Shown: positions 8,367-19,037, counted from the stretch's first letter. The stretch is 64,000 bases of DNA from Candidatus Latescibacterota bacterium (GCA_965217095.1 OZ244235.1:3673931-3737930), one strand, 5' to 3'. The notes: generated by a model not told the origin, from the letters alone. Program-made: numbers and translations.

Positions 8367-11364
8367 TCTGACGCTCCCCATCGGGATCGTAGAACACCGG
8401 GTTGGAAACGCGTGCTCTCACGCTGTCGCCGCCGAAATCCTGGACGTAAACCTTATCGCCCATGCGACTATGGCCTCCCTTGACCAACCCCAGCGCAATC
8501 GATCTTTCCAGATTGGCGCTGTAGTAGGAAGAAGTGACATGACCCAGCATCGGTCGAGGCAGTGGCGCCTGCGGATCATCGACGATCTGGCCCCCCTCGG
8601 GTAGCACCGTTAGCGGATCCTCGGTGAGCAAACCGACAAACTGTTTGCGATCCGGTTGGGCGATGTAGGAGCGGGAAAGGGAGCGTTTTCCCAGAAAGTC
8701 CTTGTTCTTCGCCACCATACGGTCCATCCCCAGGTCGACGGGCGTCACCGAGCCGTCCGTGTCCTGACCGACGATGACGTATCCCTTCTCAGCACGCAGC
8801 ACATGCATCGCTTCGGTGCCGAATGGGGTGATCTGGAACTCCTCGCCTGCGTCCATAACCGCTTCCCACACATGACGTCCCAGGTTAGCGTTCACATTGA
8901 TTTCGTAGGTCAGCTCTCCGGTAAAGCTTATGCGAAAGATCCGCGCCGCGACGCCGGCAACGGTGCCGCCGCACACACTCATGAAAGGGAAACTTCCGTT
9001 GGATAAGTCCAGGTCGGAACAAAGCTTCTGTAGAATATTACGCGCATTCGGCCCGCAGATGGAGACGGTTGCCCAGTGATCCGTGACCGAGGTCAGAAAC
9101 ACCTTGAGATCGGGCCATTCGGTTTGCAACCAGAGCTCGAGCCACGACATGACGCGAGCAGCTCCGCCGGACGTAGTAAACATCAGATAGTGAGAGTCAC
9201 CAAGTCTGGCCGTCACGCCATCATCGATGACCATGCCATTCTCGTCCAGCATCAAGCCGTAGCGGCAGCGTCCCATGGGCAGCTTCAGAAACGGATTCGT
9301 GTAGATCCGGTTCAGAAAACGAGATGCGTCCGGTCCCTGGATATCGATCTTGCCCAGGGTGGAGGCGTCGAGTATACCGGCGCTCGCTCGGGCCGCCCTG
9401 CACTCCCGATTGACCGCCTCTTCCATCGACTCGGCTCCGCGAGGAAAGTACCATGGCCGTTTCCACTGACCCACGTCCTCGAAAAGCGCGCCCTGCTCCA
9501 CGTGCCACGAATGAATCGCCGTCTTTCGCACCGGATCGAACAGATCGCCCTGCTCGCCACCTGACATGGCTCCATAGGTTACCGGTGTGTACATCGGCCG
9601 GTAGGTTGTGGTGCCGACTGATCCGGGATCGGTCTTGCCGTAGTCTGCGAGCACCCCTATCCCGTTGACGTTTCCCAGCTTCCCCTGATCGGTGCCCATG
9701 CCCAGGGTCGTGTACCGCTTTACATGCTCGATCGATCGGTATCCTTCTCGCGCGGATATGAGAAGGTCGGCGGCGGTTACGTCCATCTGCAGATCGACGA
9801 ACTGCTTCGGGGCTCGACTGACTGGTTTCGTACCGGGAACGACCCACAATGCTCGAATCGGATCGCCGGTGACAAGATCAGTGGCAGGCACGATTCCGGT
9901 CACGGAGCCGTCACCGAATCCCGCAAGCTGAGCAACGGCTGCGCCGGCCGCGAAACCTTCAGCGATGCAAGCGGCCGTCTCGAAGGTGCCGTTGCAAGCA
10001 CCTGCGGAGCGCTCGGCCTGCACCGGATCTCCCGGCAGGAAACAGGCTTTTCCGCCGTCGTAGCGAGGTTTGCCTCTGGACTGCGCGTGGAGCTGCACGT
10101 TGGGGTTCCAACCCCCCGAAACCGCCAACAGGTCACATTGAATGCAGGTGGACTTGCCAGCCAGGGACTGTCCGTCGGCACCCAGGGCTCCGACACGAAC
10201 AGCGCCAATCCTCTTCGTTCCGAGGACATCGAAGACGACGTGGCTATCCCGGACCTCTATCTCTCGTTCGCGGGCGGCCCCTGCAAGCACGCCGGCGGGA
10301 CGTGGATCGACGATGGCTGCGATCTCGATCCCCGCTTCCTGAAGTTCGAACGCGACCGCGTAGGCACTGTCGTTGTTGGTGAATATCACCGCCCCCGAGC
10401 CCGGTAGCGCAGCGTACCGCTGCACATACTCGCCAACGGCCGCCGCCAGCATGACACCCGGCCGGTCGTTGTTGGAAAAGACGAAAGGCCGTTCGGTGGC
10501 GCCGCTTGCGAGCACCACCTGTTTTGCGCGCAGTCGCCACAGCCGTTGTCGGGTGCCGTTGCCGCCACCAGGCCTCAGGTGGTCGGTGCGGCGTTCCAGC
10601 GCCAGGAGGAAGTTGTGCTCGTAATAACCGGACCCCGTCGTGCGGGTCAAAATCTGTGCTTGTGGAAACGAGCGTAGCTCTCGAACAGTCGCGTCTACCC
10701 ACGCGACCGCGGATTCCCCTTCAATCTGCTCCGAGCTGCCCAACAAGCTCCCACCCGGTTCCGCCCGCTCGTCCAGGAGAATGACCCGCGCGTCCGCCCG
10801 GGCCGCTTCCAGTGCCGCGCTCAAGCCGGCGGGACCGCCGCCCACGACCAGGACATCGCAATGGGCATTCATGTGATCATAGCTGTCCTGATCCGGACGG
10901 TCGGGAACGACTCCAAAACCGGCGGCCTTGCGAATCTGGTGTTCGTAAAAGCGCCACCATCCAGCTGGCCACATGAAGGTCTTGTAATAGAATCCGGGAG
11001 GCATGAAGCGGGCAAACCATCCGTGTACGGATCGCCAATCGAACTCCACGTTCGGTGATACATTCACGCTGCGTGCCGTCAGACCGTCATACAACTCCAC
11101 CTCAGTGGCGATCAGGTTGGGCGAGCTTGCAGAGCCTTCACCTACCTGGACGATGGCGTTGGGGTCTTCGGAGCCGGCGGCGATGATACCACGGGGCCGG
11201 TGATACTTAACGCTGCGAGCGACCAGGTGGACTCCGTTGGCGATCAAGGCTGATGCCAAGGTATCTCCCTGAAACCCCATCAGCGTGCGGCCGTTGAACG
11301 AAAATCGAAGCGGTCTGCCGCGGTCGATGCGACCTCCACTGGCGCGCCTGAATCCCTGCTTCAA
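8359..11364 (-). CDS. soxA: sarcosine oxidase alpha subunit
   Basis: 1001 aa. FNGRTLMGFQGDTLASALIANGV, NAD/FAD fold CDVLVVGGGPAGLSAALEAA, and a C-terminal aminomethyltransferase-like folate-binding region. Confidence 0.95.
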   Translation of the reverse strand: MKQGFRRASGGRIDRGRPLRFSFNGRTLMGFQGDTLASALIANGVHLVARSVKYHRPRGIIAAGSEDPNAIVQVGEGSASSPNLIATEVELYDGLTARSVNVSPNVEFDWRSVHGWFARFMPPGFYYKTFMWPAGWWRFYEHQIRKAAGFGVVPDRPDQDSYDHMNAHCDVLVVGGGPAGLSAALEAARADARVILLDERAEPGGSLLGSSEQIEGESAVAWVDATVRELRSFPQAQILTRTTGSGYYEHNFLLALERRTDHLRPGGGNGTRQRLWRLRAKQVVLASGATERPFVFSNNDRPGVMLAAAVGEYVQRYAALPGSGAVIFTNNDSAYAVAFELQEAGIEIAAIVDPRPAGVLAGAAREREIEVRDSHVVFDVLGTKRIGAVRVGALGADGQSLAGKSTCIQCDLLAVSGGWNPNVQLHAQSRGKPRYDGGKACFLPGDPVQAERSAGACNGTFETAACIAEGFAAGAAVAQLAGFGDGSVTGIVPATDLVTGDPIRALWVVPGTKPVSRAPKQFVDLQMDVTAADLLISAREGYRSIEHVKRYTTLGMGTDQGKLGNVNGIGVLADYGKTDPGSVGTTTYRPMYTPVTYGAMSGGEQGDLFDPVRKTAIHSWHVEQGALFEDVGQWKRPWYFPRGAESMEEAVNRECRAARASAGILDASTLGKIDIQGPDASRFLNRIYTNPFLKLPMGRCRYGLMLDENGMVIDDGVTARLGDSHYLMFTTSGGAARVMSWLELWLQTEWPDLKVFLTSVTDHWATVSICGPNARNILQKLCSDLDLSNGSFPFMSVCGGTVAGVAARIFRISFTGELTYEINVNANLGRHVWEAVMDAGEEFQITPFGTEAMHVLRAEKGYVIVGQDTDGSVTPVDLGMDRMVAKNKDFLGKRSLSRSYIAQPDRKQFVGLLTEDPLTVLPEGGQIVDDPQAPLPRPMLGHVTSSYYSANLERSIALGLVKGGHSRMGDKVYVQDFGGDSVRARVSNPVFYDPDGERQNV

Positions 11365-11642
11365 TTCCTTTCCCTTGGAGGTTGTTCACCGACCTTGTAG
11401 ACCGACTTGATCTGGTAGGTTACCGTGTCTCGTTCGACATTGAAATAACGCCGGCAGCCCGAGGCGTGGTTCCACTGTTCCAGGTGCCGACCGCGGCTAT
11501 TGCGGCGGTAGAACAGGTAGTCGGCCCACTCCTCGTCGGAGAGGGTTTGCGGTTCCGCTGGCCGGGTGATGTGGGCTTCCCCGGAATACGTGAATTCGGA
11601 TTCGTCGCGGGCCCCGCAGAAGGGACAATCTATCAGGAGCAC
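11361..11642 (-). CDS. soxD: sarcosine oxidase delta subunit
   Basis: 93 aa. MLLIDCPFCGARDESEFTYSGEAH is a typical SoxD zinc-ribbon start. 4-nt overlap with soxA. Confidence 0.9.
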   Translation of the reverse strand: MLLIDCPFCGARDESEFTYSGEAHITRPAEPQTLSDEEWADYLFYRRNSRGRHLEQWNHASGCRRYFNVERDTVTYQIKSVYKVGEQPPRERN

Positions 11643-11656
11643 TAAATCGGTTCCTT

Positions 11657-12907
11657 CTAATGAGCGACGCCGGCCGCGCCGTGCTCGTCGATGAGATGGC
11701 CGGTTGCGAAACGTTCCAAAGCGAACGGTTCGTTGAGAGGATGGGGTTCATCACGTGCGATGGTGTGAGCGAACACCCAGCCCGATCCCGGAGTCGACTT
11801 GAATCCACCGGTACCCCAGCCGCAGTTGAAGTAGAGTCCTTTTAGCGGCGTTGTGCCGATGATGGGGCAGGCGTCGGGGCAGGTGTCGACGGTGCCCCCC
11901 CATTGTCTGAGCATGCGCACCCTGCTGAAGGTTGGGAACATCTCGAGGATGGAACTGATGGCATGCTCCAACGTCGCGGGACTTCCGCGCTGGCCATACC
12001 CGTTGTATGAATCGACGCCGGCGCCGCACAGCAGCTCTCCACGGTCGGTCTGGCTGAGGTAGGCGTGCACCGCGTTCGACATGATAACCATGTCCAGAAC
12101 CGGTTTGAGCGGCTCGGAAACCCAGGCTTGGAGCGGCCGGCTTTCCAGCGGGAGGCGAAGATCTGCCATGGAGGCGAGCACGCCGGAGTTCCCAGCCGTG
12201 ACACACCCAATCTTCTTGGCGCCGATAAATCCGCGACTGGTTTCGACCCCGGTGACGGTTCCGTCTTCCCGTCGAAAACCGGTTACCTCGCAATTCTGGA
12301 TGATGTCGATCCCAAGCGCATCGGCGGCACGGGCGAACCCCCAGGCGAGGGCATCGTGGCGAGCGGTGCCGCCCCTACGCTGGAGTGACGCCCCGAGAAT
12401 CGGATAGCGCGCCGAAGGCGAGATGTCGATCGCCGGCACCATTTCCTTGATCTGTTGGGCGGTGACGAATTCGCTGTCGATACCGTTAAGATTATTGGCG
12501 TTTACCCGACGCCGGATATCGCGGATATCCTGCAGATTATGACCCAGGCTGAGCAAGCCGCGCTGACTGAACATCAGGTTGAAGTTCAGATTCTGCGTGA
12601 GGCCCTCCCAAAGCTTGAGGGAGAATTCGTAGAGGTGCGCAGCCTCGTCCCAGAGGTAATTGGAGCGTACAATTTCGGTGTTGCGTCCGGTGTTGCCACC
12701 TCCCACAAAACTCTTCTCTACCACCGCCACATTGGTTATCTGGTGCACACTTGCCAGATAATAGGCGGTGGCGAGGCCGTGACCGCCCCCGCCGACGATT
12801 ACAACTTCGTAAGAAGATTTGGGTTCGGGACTGCGCCAGGCCTGCTGCCAGTTTTCGTGCCAGCTGAATGCGTTTCGGGCGAGGGCGAGAAAGGAGTATT
12901 TCTGCAT
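11657..12907 (-). CDS. soxB: sarcosine oxidase beta subunit
   Basis: [20 protein letters not shown]... then dinucleotide fold [20 protein letters not shown]. The ATG at 12907 gives ~416 aa. The 13102 start adds non-homologous sequence. Confidence 0.95.
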   Translation of the reverse strand: MQKYSFLALARNAFSWHENWQQAWRSPEPKSSYEVVIVGGGGHGLATAYYLASVHQITNVAVVEKSFVGGGNTGRNTEIVRSNYLWDEAAHLYEFSLKLWEGLTQNLNFNLMFSQRGLLSLGHNLQDIRDIRRRVNANNLNGIDSEFVTAQQIKEMVPAIDISPSARYPILGASLQRRGGTARHDALAWGFARAADALGIDIIQNCEVTGFRREDGTVTGVETSRGFIGAKKIGCVTAGNSGVLASMADLRLPLESRPLQAWVSEPLKPVLDMVIMSNAVHAYLSQTDRGELLCGAGVDSYNGYGQRGSPATLEHAISSILEMFPTFSRVRMLRQWGGTVDTCPDACPIIGTTPLKGLYFNCGWGTGGFKSTPGSGWVFAHTIARDEPHPLNEPFALERFATGHLIDEHGAAGVAH

Positions 12908-13011
12908 GGGAGATGCTGCCGCCCGCGGTTTGGTGTAACCCGCGGAGACATGGCGTATACTATAGGCCACGGTCGGTATCTGATCCAGGACCGGAACGGA
13001 AAGGAGCAGAA

Positions 13012-13300
13012 ACGCAATTTCGACAGTTGGGTAAGGATGGTCCTCGCATACCGGTGATCGGTCTCGGCGCCTGGCCTCTGGGAGACGGCATGGGCACACC
13101 AAGGTCAGCGGCGACTATTCCCGGACGGGCATCATAGCAGCCATGGAAAAACAGTCTCACCCAACTCGGCGTGGATTGCGTCGATCTCTACAGATACACG
13201 GATGGAACTCCAAGTACCCGATTGACAAGAGCATGGAGACCATGGCCCGTGGATGGCTGCCATAGGCGGACGCCGCTGTGGTCCCACGAGCACGGCATCC
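13012..13300 (+). pseudogene. heavily eroded aldo/keto reductase relic
   Basis: [26 protein letters not shown] matches an AKR N-terminus, followed by a stop. Then SLTQLGVDCVDLYRYTDGTPST matches the AKR S-L-x-x-L-G-x-D-Y-I-D-L-Y block only ~17 codons later. Then PIDKSMETMA appears in another frame. Large internal deletions and frameshifts are implied. Confidence 0.55.
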
Positions 13301-13323
13301 GACGATGGCGACGAGGTAGGTTC

Positions 13324-13986
13324 TCAAATCGCCGACAACGCTTCTTCGAGCGAGATCTCGCGGAACGATTGAGCCGGCAGACCATCCGATGTTAGTGCGC
13401 TTTCCCACAACGTCCGCCGCTGTGGGCTCTCGGACGGTTCGACCGATGCTAGCACCTTGCGGACCCAGTCTGCCAGTTCCGGTTTGCTGCAGATTACGGT
13501 CAGGTTCGAATCCGCCACGGTACCGTCGGTAGCATAGGCGTAGCAGCGATGGATGTTGCGACGGGCGCTTTCGAGGCCGACTGGTTCAATGGCCAACTCA
13601 CTTGTGCGGTCTTCGGGAACGAGCAGAATGTTTACCGCCCGGTCGGTGATGGCAGCGGCGCGCTCGTTCTGGTCGCCGCCGATGAACACGTTCTTATGAT
13701 GGGGCCACACATCGAACATACCGTAGTTGGCGACCGGCTCTTGCAACTGAAAGGTGAAGAAGTCAGGATAGGCGAAGAACTCCGCCTTCCTTTCGCGATA
13801 CCTGTCGTAGAACGCGGTGACGTAGGCCATGATCAAGGTGGCGGCCCCAATGACACCGAAGCGATCGGGTGAAACGACGCCAACCCGTTCTGTAGATTCG
13901 AATTCCGTGAAGTAATCGGCATGGGGCAGCTGTCGGCCGTTATAGTTGAGGTTGAAATCGGTGCCCCTCAAGAAGCTGCTGTGCAT
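13324..13986 (-). CDS. hypothetical protein
   Basis: 220-aa ORF with protein-like composition, upstream of the sox operon on the same strand. I recognise no motif. Confidence 0.7.
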   Translation of the reverse strand: MHSSFLRGTDFNLNYNGRQLPHADYFTEFESTERVGVVSPDRFGVIGAATLIMAYVTAFYDRYRERKAEFFAYPDFFTFQLQEPVANYGMFDVWPHHKNVFIGGDQNERAAAITDRAVNILLVPEDRTSELAIEPVGLESARRNIHRCYAYATDGTVADSNLTVICSKPELADWVRKVLASVEPSESPQRRTLWESALTSDGLPAQSFREISLEEALSAI

Positions 13987-14207
13987 TTAGTATTTGGCTT
14001 TCGGACGGAGAATCCCGCGCACGGCGCAGACTAGGATGTGTCCTGCCAGATAATAACCAGAGGACATGGCGACGGCCACTCTATGTTCGAACTTGCTCAA
14101 CCGACGCGCCCGCCTCCACTGGTCGGGCACTGCAAGTCTTACCGGTATTTCCTATACTCTGTTCCTTCATTGCTGAACTCAGCGTTGCCTTGCCTCGGGA
14201 GGTCTGC

Positions 14208-15218
14208 ATGTCCTGGCCCATCGAACACTTTCACTACATGCCCGGCTCATCCAGCTTCATCGAGATGATGCCAGGGGCCATGAAGGCGATGACCCAGTGC
14301 GCTGCACTGCAACCAGGTGAAAATGTGACCATCGCCTGCGACACCAATAAAATGCGGTTGGCTGAAGCCCTAGCCGCAGCTGCATACGCCGTTGGCGGCA
14401 TTCCGACGATCGCAGCGTTTCCTCCAACCGGCGCTCACGGTGCCCAGGTTCCGGCGCCGGTAGTAGGCGCGTGCGCCCGTTGCGACGTCTTCTTCCTTCC
14501 TACGAGCTGGTCTATGACCCACACCGATGCGCGCACCGAGGCGACCAAGAACGGGGCCCGCGGTGCCACCATGTGCGAGGTGACGGAAGACTGCCTGTGC
14601 ACCGGTGGCATTCTCGGAGACTACGAAGAGAACGATCGGCGCGGCCGTCAGCTCGGAGCGGTGATGGCCACCGGCAAGACGATTCGTATGACCTCGGCAA
14701 GCGGAACGGATCTTTCCGGCAAAATTTCCGATCGACCCGTGCAATACGAAACGGGCTTGTTCCGCGAACCAGGACAGTTCGGCGCGCTGCCCAACAGCGA
14801 GCTCAACATCTCGCCCATCGAAGGAACGACCGAGGGGGTGATAGTTGGCAATGTGCGCCTCATGGGATTCGGCATCCTGCGTGAGGAATCGATTACCGTC
14901 GAAGTGGAGAAGGGGGTGGTGACGCGGGCTACGGGAGGGGCGGCGGCAGATTATCTCAACACCACACTCAAATCGTTCGACGACGAATCCGCTTACAACC
15001 TCGCCGAGTTCGGTCTGGGTCTCAATCCAGCCAGCCGCGCTTACGCCACCAACCTGGAGGATCTGGGCAAACTCGGCTTCGGGCATCACGGCATTGGCAG
15101 CAACTACGCCATCGGCGGCAGCGTCAAAGCGCCGTGCCACATCGACGTCATCTACTCGGAGGCGACGGTGGAGATCGACGGCAAGGTTATTCTGGATCAG
15201 GGCGTGACCGCGGTGTAA
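14208..15218 (+). CDS. aminopeptidase-T (M29)-fold / NicX-like protein
   Basis: GGGAGG lies 6 nt before the ATG at 14208. ~336 aa. Blocks ALPNSELNISPIEGTTEGVIV, NLAEFGLGLNP and GHHGIGSN resemble the M29/2,5-dihydroxypyridine dioxygenase family. Confidence 0.7.
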   Translation: MSWPIEHFHYMPGSSSFIEMMPGAMKAMTQCAALQPGENVTIACDTNKMRLAEALAAAAYAVGGIPTIAAFPPTGAHGAQVPAPVVGACARCDVFFLPTSWSMTHTDARTEATKNGARGATMCEVTEDCLCTGGILGDYEENDRRGRQLGAVMATGKTIRMTSASGTDLSGKISDRPVQYETGLFREPGQFGALPNSELNISPIEGTTEGVIVGNVRLMGFGILREESITVEVEKGVVTRATGGAAADYLNTTLKSFDDESAYNLAEFGLGLNPASRAYATNLEDLGKLGFGHHGIGSNYAIGGSVKAPCHIDVIYSEATVEIDGKVILDQGVTAV

Positions 15219-15252
15219 GCAGTTCCCTTCAGAAGCATTCAGGAGGTCTGTT

Positions 15253-16143
15253 ATGGCAAGAGTTGGACTCATCGGCGCTGGAGACATGGGTTTGGAGATG
15301 GCAAAAAACCTGTTGAGTGCCGGTCACGAGTTGTCGGTTTACGATCCCCGCACTGCACCGCTCAAGGAACTGGAGATGCTGGGGGCGAAGATCGCCACAG
15401 TGCCACGGGAAGTTGGAGAGCAGTCGGAATTTGCGTTTCTCATGGTGTTGACCGGAGAACAGGCCCTGGATGCTACCACAGGCAAGGACGGATTGTTCGA
15501 AGGTTTTCAAACGGATAGCACAGTCATCTGCACGGCGACCATCGGACAGCCGATCATGGCGGAGATCGCCGTGGCGGCAAAGGCGCGAAAGGTAAACGTG
15601 CTCGATTCGCCGGTGAGTGGCAGCACTCCAAGGGCAAAAGAAGGTACACTGACCCTGATGCCCTCGGGGGAGAAGGAGGTCTTCGATCAATGCCTGCCGA
15701 TTCTGGAGGCTGTCGGCAAGGATATCATCTACGTAGGGCCGGAGCCGGGTTTGGGACAGACGGCGAAAACTGCGCTGCAGGTCCTGGTGGGAGCCACCTT
15801 TGCCGGGGCATGCGAAGCGCTCGTGCTCGGGGTCAAGGCCGGCATAGAGGCCGAATCGTTGTCTCAAGTCCTCTGCCCCAGTATCGCCGGCAGCTTATTG
15901 GTGGAGATAGTGACCGAAAACGTCATGAAGCGAAACTTCACCGCCGGCAGCAAGATCGCGACGACTTATAAGGACCTTGGGTTGGCCAACGACCTGGCCA
16001 AGCAACTCGGCGTTCCTATGTTCGTCACCGGCGCCGTCCATGAGCTGTTCCAGGCGGGTATCGCCATGAATCCGGATGAAGACAACCACACCATCATAAA
16101 GCTTCTGGAACAGGTGGCCGGGGTGGAAGTGAAGGGACGTTGA
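15253..16143 (+). CDS. NAD(P)-dependent 3-hydroxyisobutyrate dehydrogenase-family oxidoreductase
   Basis: AGGAGG RBS. MARVGLIGAGDMGLEMAKNLLSAGHELSVYD Rossmann start. DSPVSGS and GQTAKTALQVL blocks. Confidence 0.9.
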   Translation: MARVGLIGAGDMGLEMAKNLLSAGHELSVYDPRTAPLKELEMLGAKIATVPREVGEQSEFAFLMVLTGEQALDATTGKDGLFEGFQTDSTVICTATIGQPIMAEIAVAAKARKVNVLDSPVSGSTPRAKEGTLTLMPSGEKEVFDQCLPILEAVGKDIIYVGPEPGLGQTAKTALQVLVGATFAGACEALVLGVKAGIEAESLSQVLCPSIAGSLLVEIVTENVMKRNFTAGSKIATTYKDLGLANDLAKQLGVPMFVTGAVHELFQAGIAMNPDEDNHTIIKLLEQVAGVEVKGR

Positions 16144-16277
16144 CCTCGACCAGATTCCCTAGCAGCCGGTTTCTTCACCGAGGAGCAGCTGGCAGGCTGC
16201 CACGAGAATCCATCAACCGTATACAACCGAGCAAGTCTTTTCGACATTGGCAGTTTGAACTTCACTGGGAGATCGAG

Positions 16278-16885
16278 ATGAGCAGGATCCGGGTATTAAT
16301 GGCCGCGCTGACTTTGTTGCTGGTGCAAACGGCGGGAGCTTTGGATGGCCGACGCCAGGGTTTCTTCTACCAGGTCGGTATTGGCGGCGGAACGACATCT
16401 GCCGATCAGGAGTGGACCGTTCTTGACACGGACTTCGAACTGGACGACAGCGCCGGCGGTATAGCGCTCGATCTCAAAATCGGTTATGGGATAACCAGCA
16501 AACTCTTGCTCTCATACTCGATAAACGTGGGAAGCGCAGACCTTGAAACCATCGACGGGCAGATAACCGTTCCAAGAGCAAAGAAACGGCGTCGTTTGGG
16601 GCAGGGGGAGTTGGCTTAACCTACTTCGTTAAGGATGCCGCACCTTCGCTGTTCGTCGATTTGGCGATAGGTGTTTCCACCTGGGATGATGGAGATGGCA
16701 ACGAATTCAGCGGTGGGGGTGCTTCCGTCGGCGCCGGGTACGAGTTCAAAAAGAACTGGACTGCCGAGGTAGACTATAGCTTCGGCAGTCCCAGTGACGA
16801 CAAGTCGCTGTTCGGAGAGAAGGTTCTCGAAGCGGAGGTGACCGGCGCAAGCTTGGGGGTCACGATCAATCATATCTGGTACTGA
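16278..16885 (+). pseudogene. small outer-membrane beta-barrel protein, frameshifted (or carrying an assembly indel)
   Basis: Signal peptide MSRIRVLMAALTLLLVQTAGA and strand-like GFFYQVGIGGG...LDLKIGYGI in frame 0. After ~16547-16590 the sensible continuation ASFGAGGVGLTYFV...GAGYEFKKNWTAEVDYSF...GVTINHIWY* lies in another frame. The terminal aromatic residue is typical of OMPs. Confidence 0.65.
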
Positions 16886-16908
16886 TTTCCGTCGACCAAG
16901 GATACCAT

Positions 16909-17109
16909 GTGACCCGGCTTGCCGATGTAAACACCACTGACATTCGAGATGCGATCCGCCTCGGCTGCCAGGCTATGGGCAAGGGAGAGCCGGTGGAGTT
17001 GGAGGATCACAACGTCCGCGAAGGTTTCCACGCCCGGTTCAGGGGTGATGAGGTGGTCGCCATGGAGAATTTTGGCACGGACCTGACTTTCTTCGATCCC
17101 CTGGACTGA
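16909..17109 (+). CDS. small hypothetical ORF preceding the 630-aa orphan
   Basis: 66 codons with a GTG start. Its stop lies 2 nt before the TTG of the next ORF. Coding status is uncertain. Confidence 0.3.
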   Translation: MTRLADVNTTDIRDAIRLGCQAMGKGEPVELEDHNVREGFHARFRGDEVVAMENFGTDLTFFDPLD

Positions 17110-17111
17110 TC

Positions 17112-19004
17112 TTGCAATACCGGATTCCCCAGCAAGTCTACCCCGAAGATCCAAGACTCAACCAGAGTGGAGACGATCGTCCCAATACCGGACTGCGAGA
17201 AGGCAACATTGCTCACAGCAAGGTCAACGACACCATCCGTAGCTGCGCGAAGACCGTGATCTTCGGACAGCAAACCCGTTTGCGGAACGGCGAGCTTCTG
17301 CCCGATCAAAAGCTGCCCCGTTTCCACGCCGGCCACGACCTGGTCAAGTTCTTTTATAGCGCCGTGCGTCAATTGCCGCCCTACCTGCTGGATGCCCTGC
17401 TGGAAAACAATGTCAGTGTCACCCTGGTCCAAGGCCCCTCGTTGCTGGTATTCCACGATTCCCGTGAGCACCAGTCATTCCACATGGGCCGCACCCGACG
17501 GACACTCTACATCCCCGAAAAGATATTGCGCGAGGCCGCCGACAAAGGGTACGACTACTGGGCGATCAGCGAGGTGCTCATCCAGGAATCGCTGCCGCTG
17601 CTCAACTACATTCTACTTTTGGAGACCATCTGCCGGATTCAAGAACACCTCAAGACCCATCTCACTATCGGGTATTACATCATCGCGGATACGCTCCGAC
17701 GATTCAACCACCATCTGGACGACAACGACGATAAGGACGAGGACGAGTTTCGCATCTTCTATCGCTACTACGCGGATGCCCTCTACAGCTTGAAACCATC
17801 GGATCTTAAACGGGATCCATACCTCATAGTCGACGACATGATCGACGAAAAGCGCGAGCGTTTCTGGGCCCAACTCAAGCTGCATGACATCTGCGACGTC
17901 TACCGCTATCCTACGTACTTCGCCGTCGACAGGGACATCTGCCACGGCGCTGCGTTTCGATTGGCTCGAGAAATCTCGTTGCCTCTTGAACCGGAGACCA
18001 TCGAAGACGTGATGCACGATCTTTGGGACGAGGGTCGTTTCAAGCTCAGTCGTTCGGTCAAGACCGAAGAACTGCTGGAGCAGCTGATCCGGATCGGCGC
18101 CGATGGGATTACTGCTTTCGTGGCAGTGGTCGCCGAAGAGATCGTCGGGGGTTACGCCTACGTTACGGCCAACCGCATGGATGGCCTCAACATATCAACG
18201 GGATTCAAACGCCTGCTGCAATCGTATTCAACCAGCCGCCGTGCAGATCTACCCGGTTGCCTGGGGTTTCACTACAAAACTCTGACGGAATATTTTATGG
18301 AGCAAAAGCGGTACGAATTCTTCGAGCAATTCAAGGAAATGGAGCCGCGCGCGCAAGAAGAGAACCTTGTGGAGATACGCCAGTTACTCTACCGCGTCAT
18401 TGAAATGCGGCTGCGCCCATCTCAGGCTCCCGATTTCAAGCGCCGGGTCGAGCTTGCCGACAGTGCCCGGGTTCTTATCGACACTGGGGCGGGATTGGTC
18501 CGGAAGCCGAAGGAAAAACAGGCCACGATAGCAACCTGTGGTCTACTGGCAAAGCTCGATCGCCACCCGCTCTACCATACGCTATTGCTTCAACAGTTCC
18601 GCGAGCTGTCTGGAAATGACGCGGTGGTGCTGAAGGAGCATCTCGCCCCGGAAATCGAGCGACTTGCCGAGTACCTGCCGTCGTCCCTCCACGACTACAG
18701 CGCAGATCCACACGGTGTCACCTCGCGCTACCGGAAATTCGAAGAGGTGCGCCGATTCGATCCGAACAGCACGGAGCTGTTGGAACTCCTGGCGGCACTC
18801 TTCGTGCGACTCGATCGGGCGGAAAACTACGATGAGCTGGTCGAGCAAACCCGAACACTTGGGGAATACGCGGTTCCGGCGCTTCAGGAGGTTGTCGAGA
18901 ATACCGATCTCTTTGGCGACAATCTCCGAGGGGGGATTCGCGACCAGTGCAAGGAACTGCTGGATGAGCTGTCCTCCCGGACGTCGACAGCTCAGGCGAA
19001 CTAG
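17112..19004 (+). CDS. large hypothetical protein, mostly alpha-helical, no recognisable motifs
   Basis: 630-codon ORF with clean protein-like composition and visibly lower GC than its neighbours. The start codon is uncertain: TTG at 17112, and no ATG for >120 codons. Confidence 0.75.
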   Translation: MQYRIPQQVYPEDPRLNQSGDDRPNTGLREGNIAHSKVNDTIRSCAKTVIFGQQTRLRNGELLPDQKLPRFHAGHDLVKFFYSAVRQLPPYLLDALLENNVSVTLVQGPSLLVFHDSREHQSFHMGRTRRTLYIPEKILREAADKGYDYWAISEVLIQESLPLLNYILLLETICRIQEHLKTHLTIGYYIIADTLRRFNHHLDDNDDKDEDEFRIFYRYYADALYSLKPSDLKRDPYLIVDDMIDEKRERFWAQLKLHDICDVYRYPTYFAVDRDICHGAAFRLAREISLPLEPETIEDVMHDLWDEGRFKLSRSVKTEELLEQLIRIGADGITAFVAVVAEEIVGGYAYVTANRMDGLNISTGFKRLLQSYSTSRRADLPGCLGFHYKTLTEYFMEQKRYEFFEQFKEMEPRAQEENLVEIRQLLYRVIEMRLRPSQAPDFKRRVELADSARVLIDTGAGLVRKPKEKQATIATCGLLAKLDRHPLYHTLLLQQFRELSGNDAVVLKEHLAPEIERLAEYLPSSLHDYSADPHGVTSRYRKFEEVRRFDPNSTELLELLAALFVRLDRAENYDELVEQTRTLGEYAVPALQEVVENTDLFGDNLRGGIRDQCKELLDELSSRTSTAQAN

Positions 19005-19037
19005 CGTTGCTGATGCCGAGACGCTCGGCTATAGACT

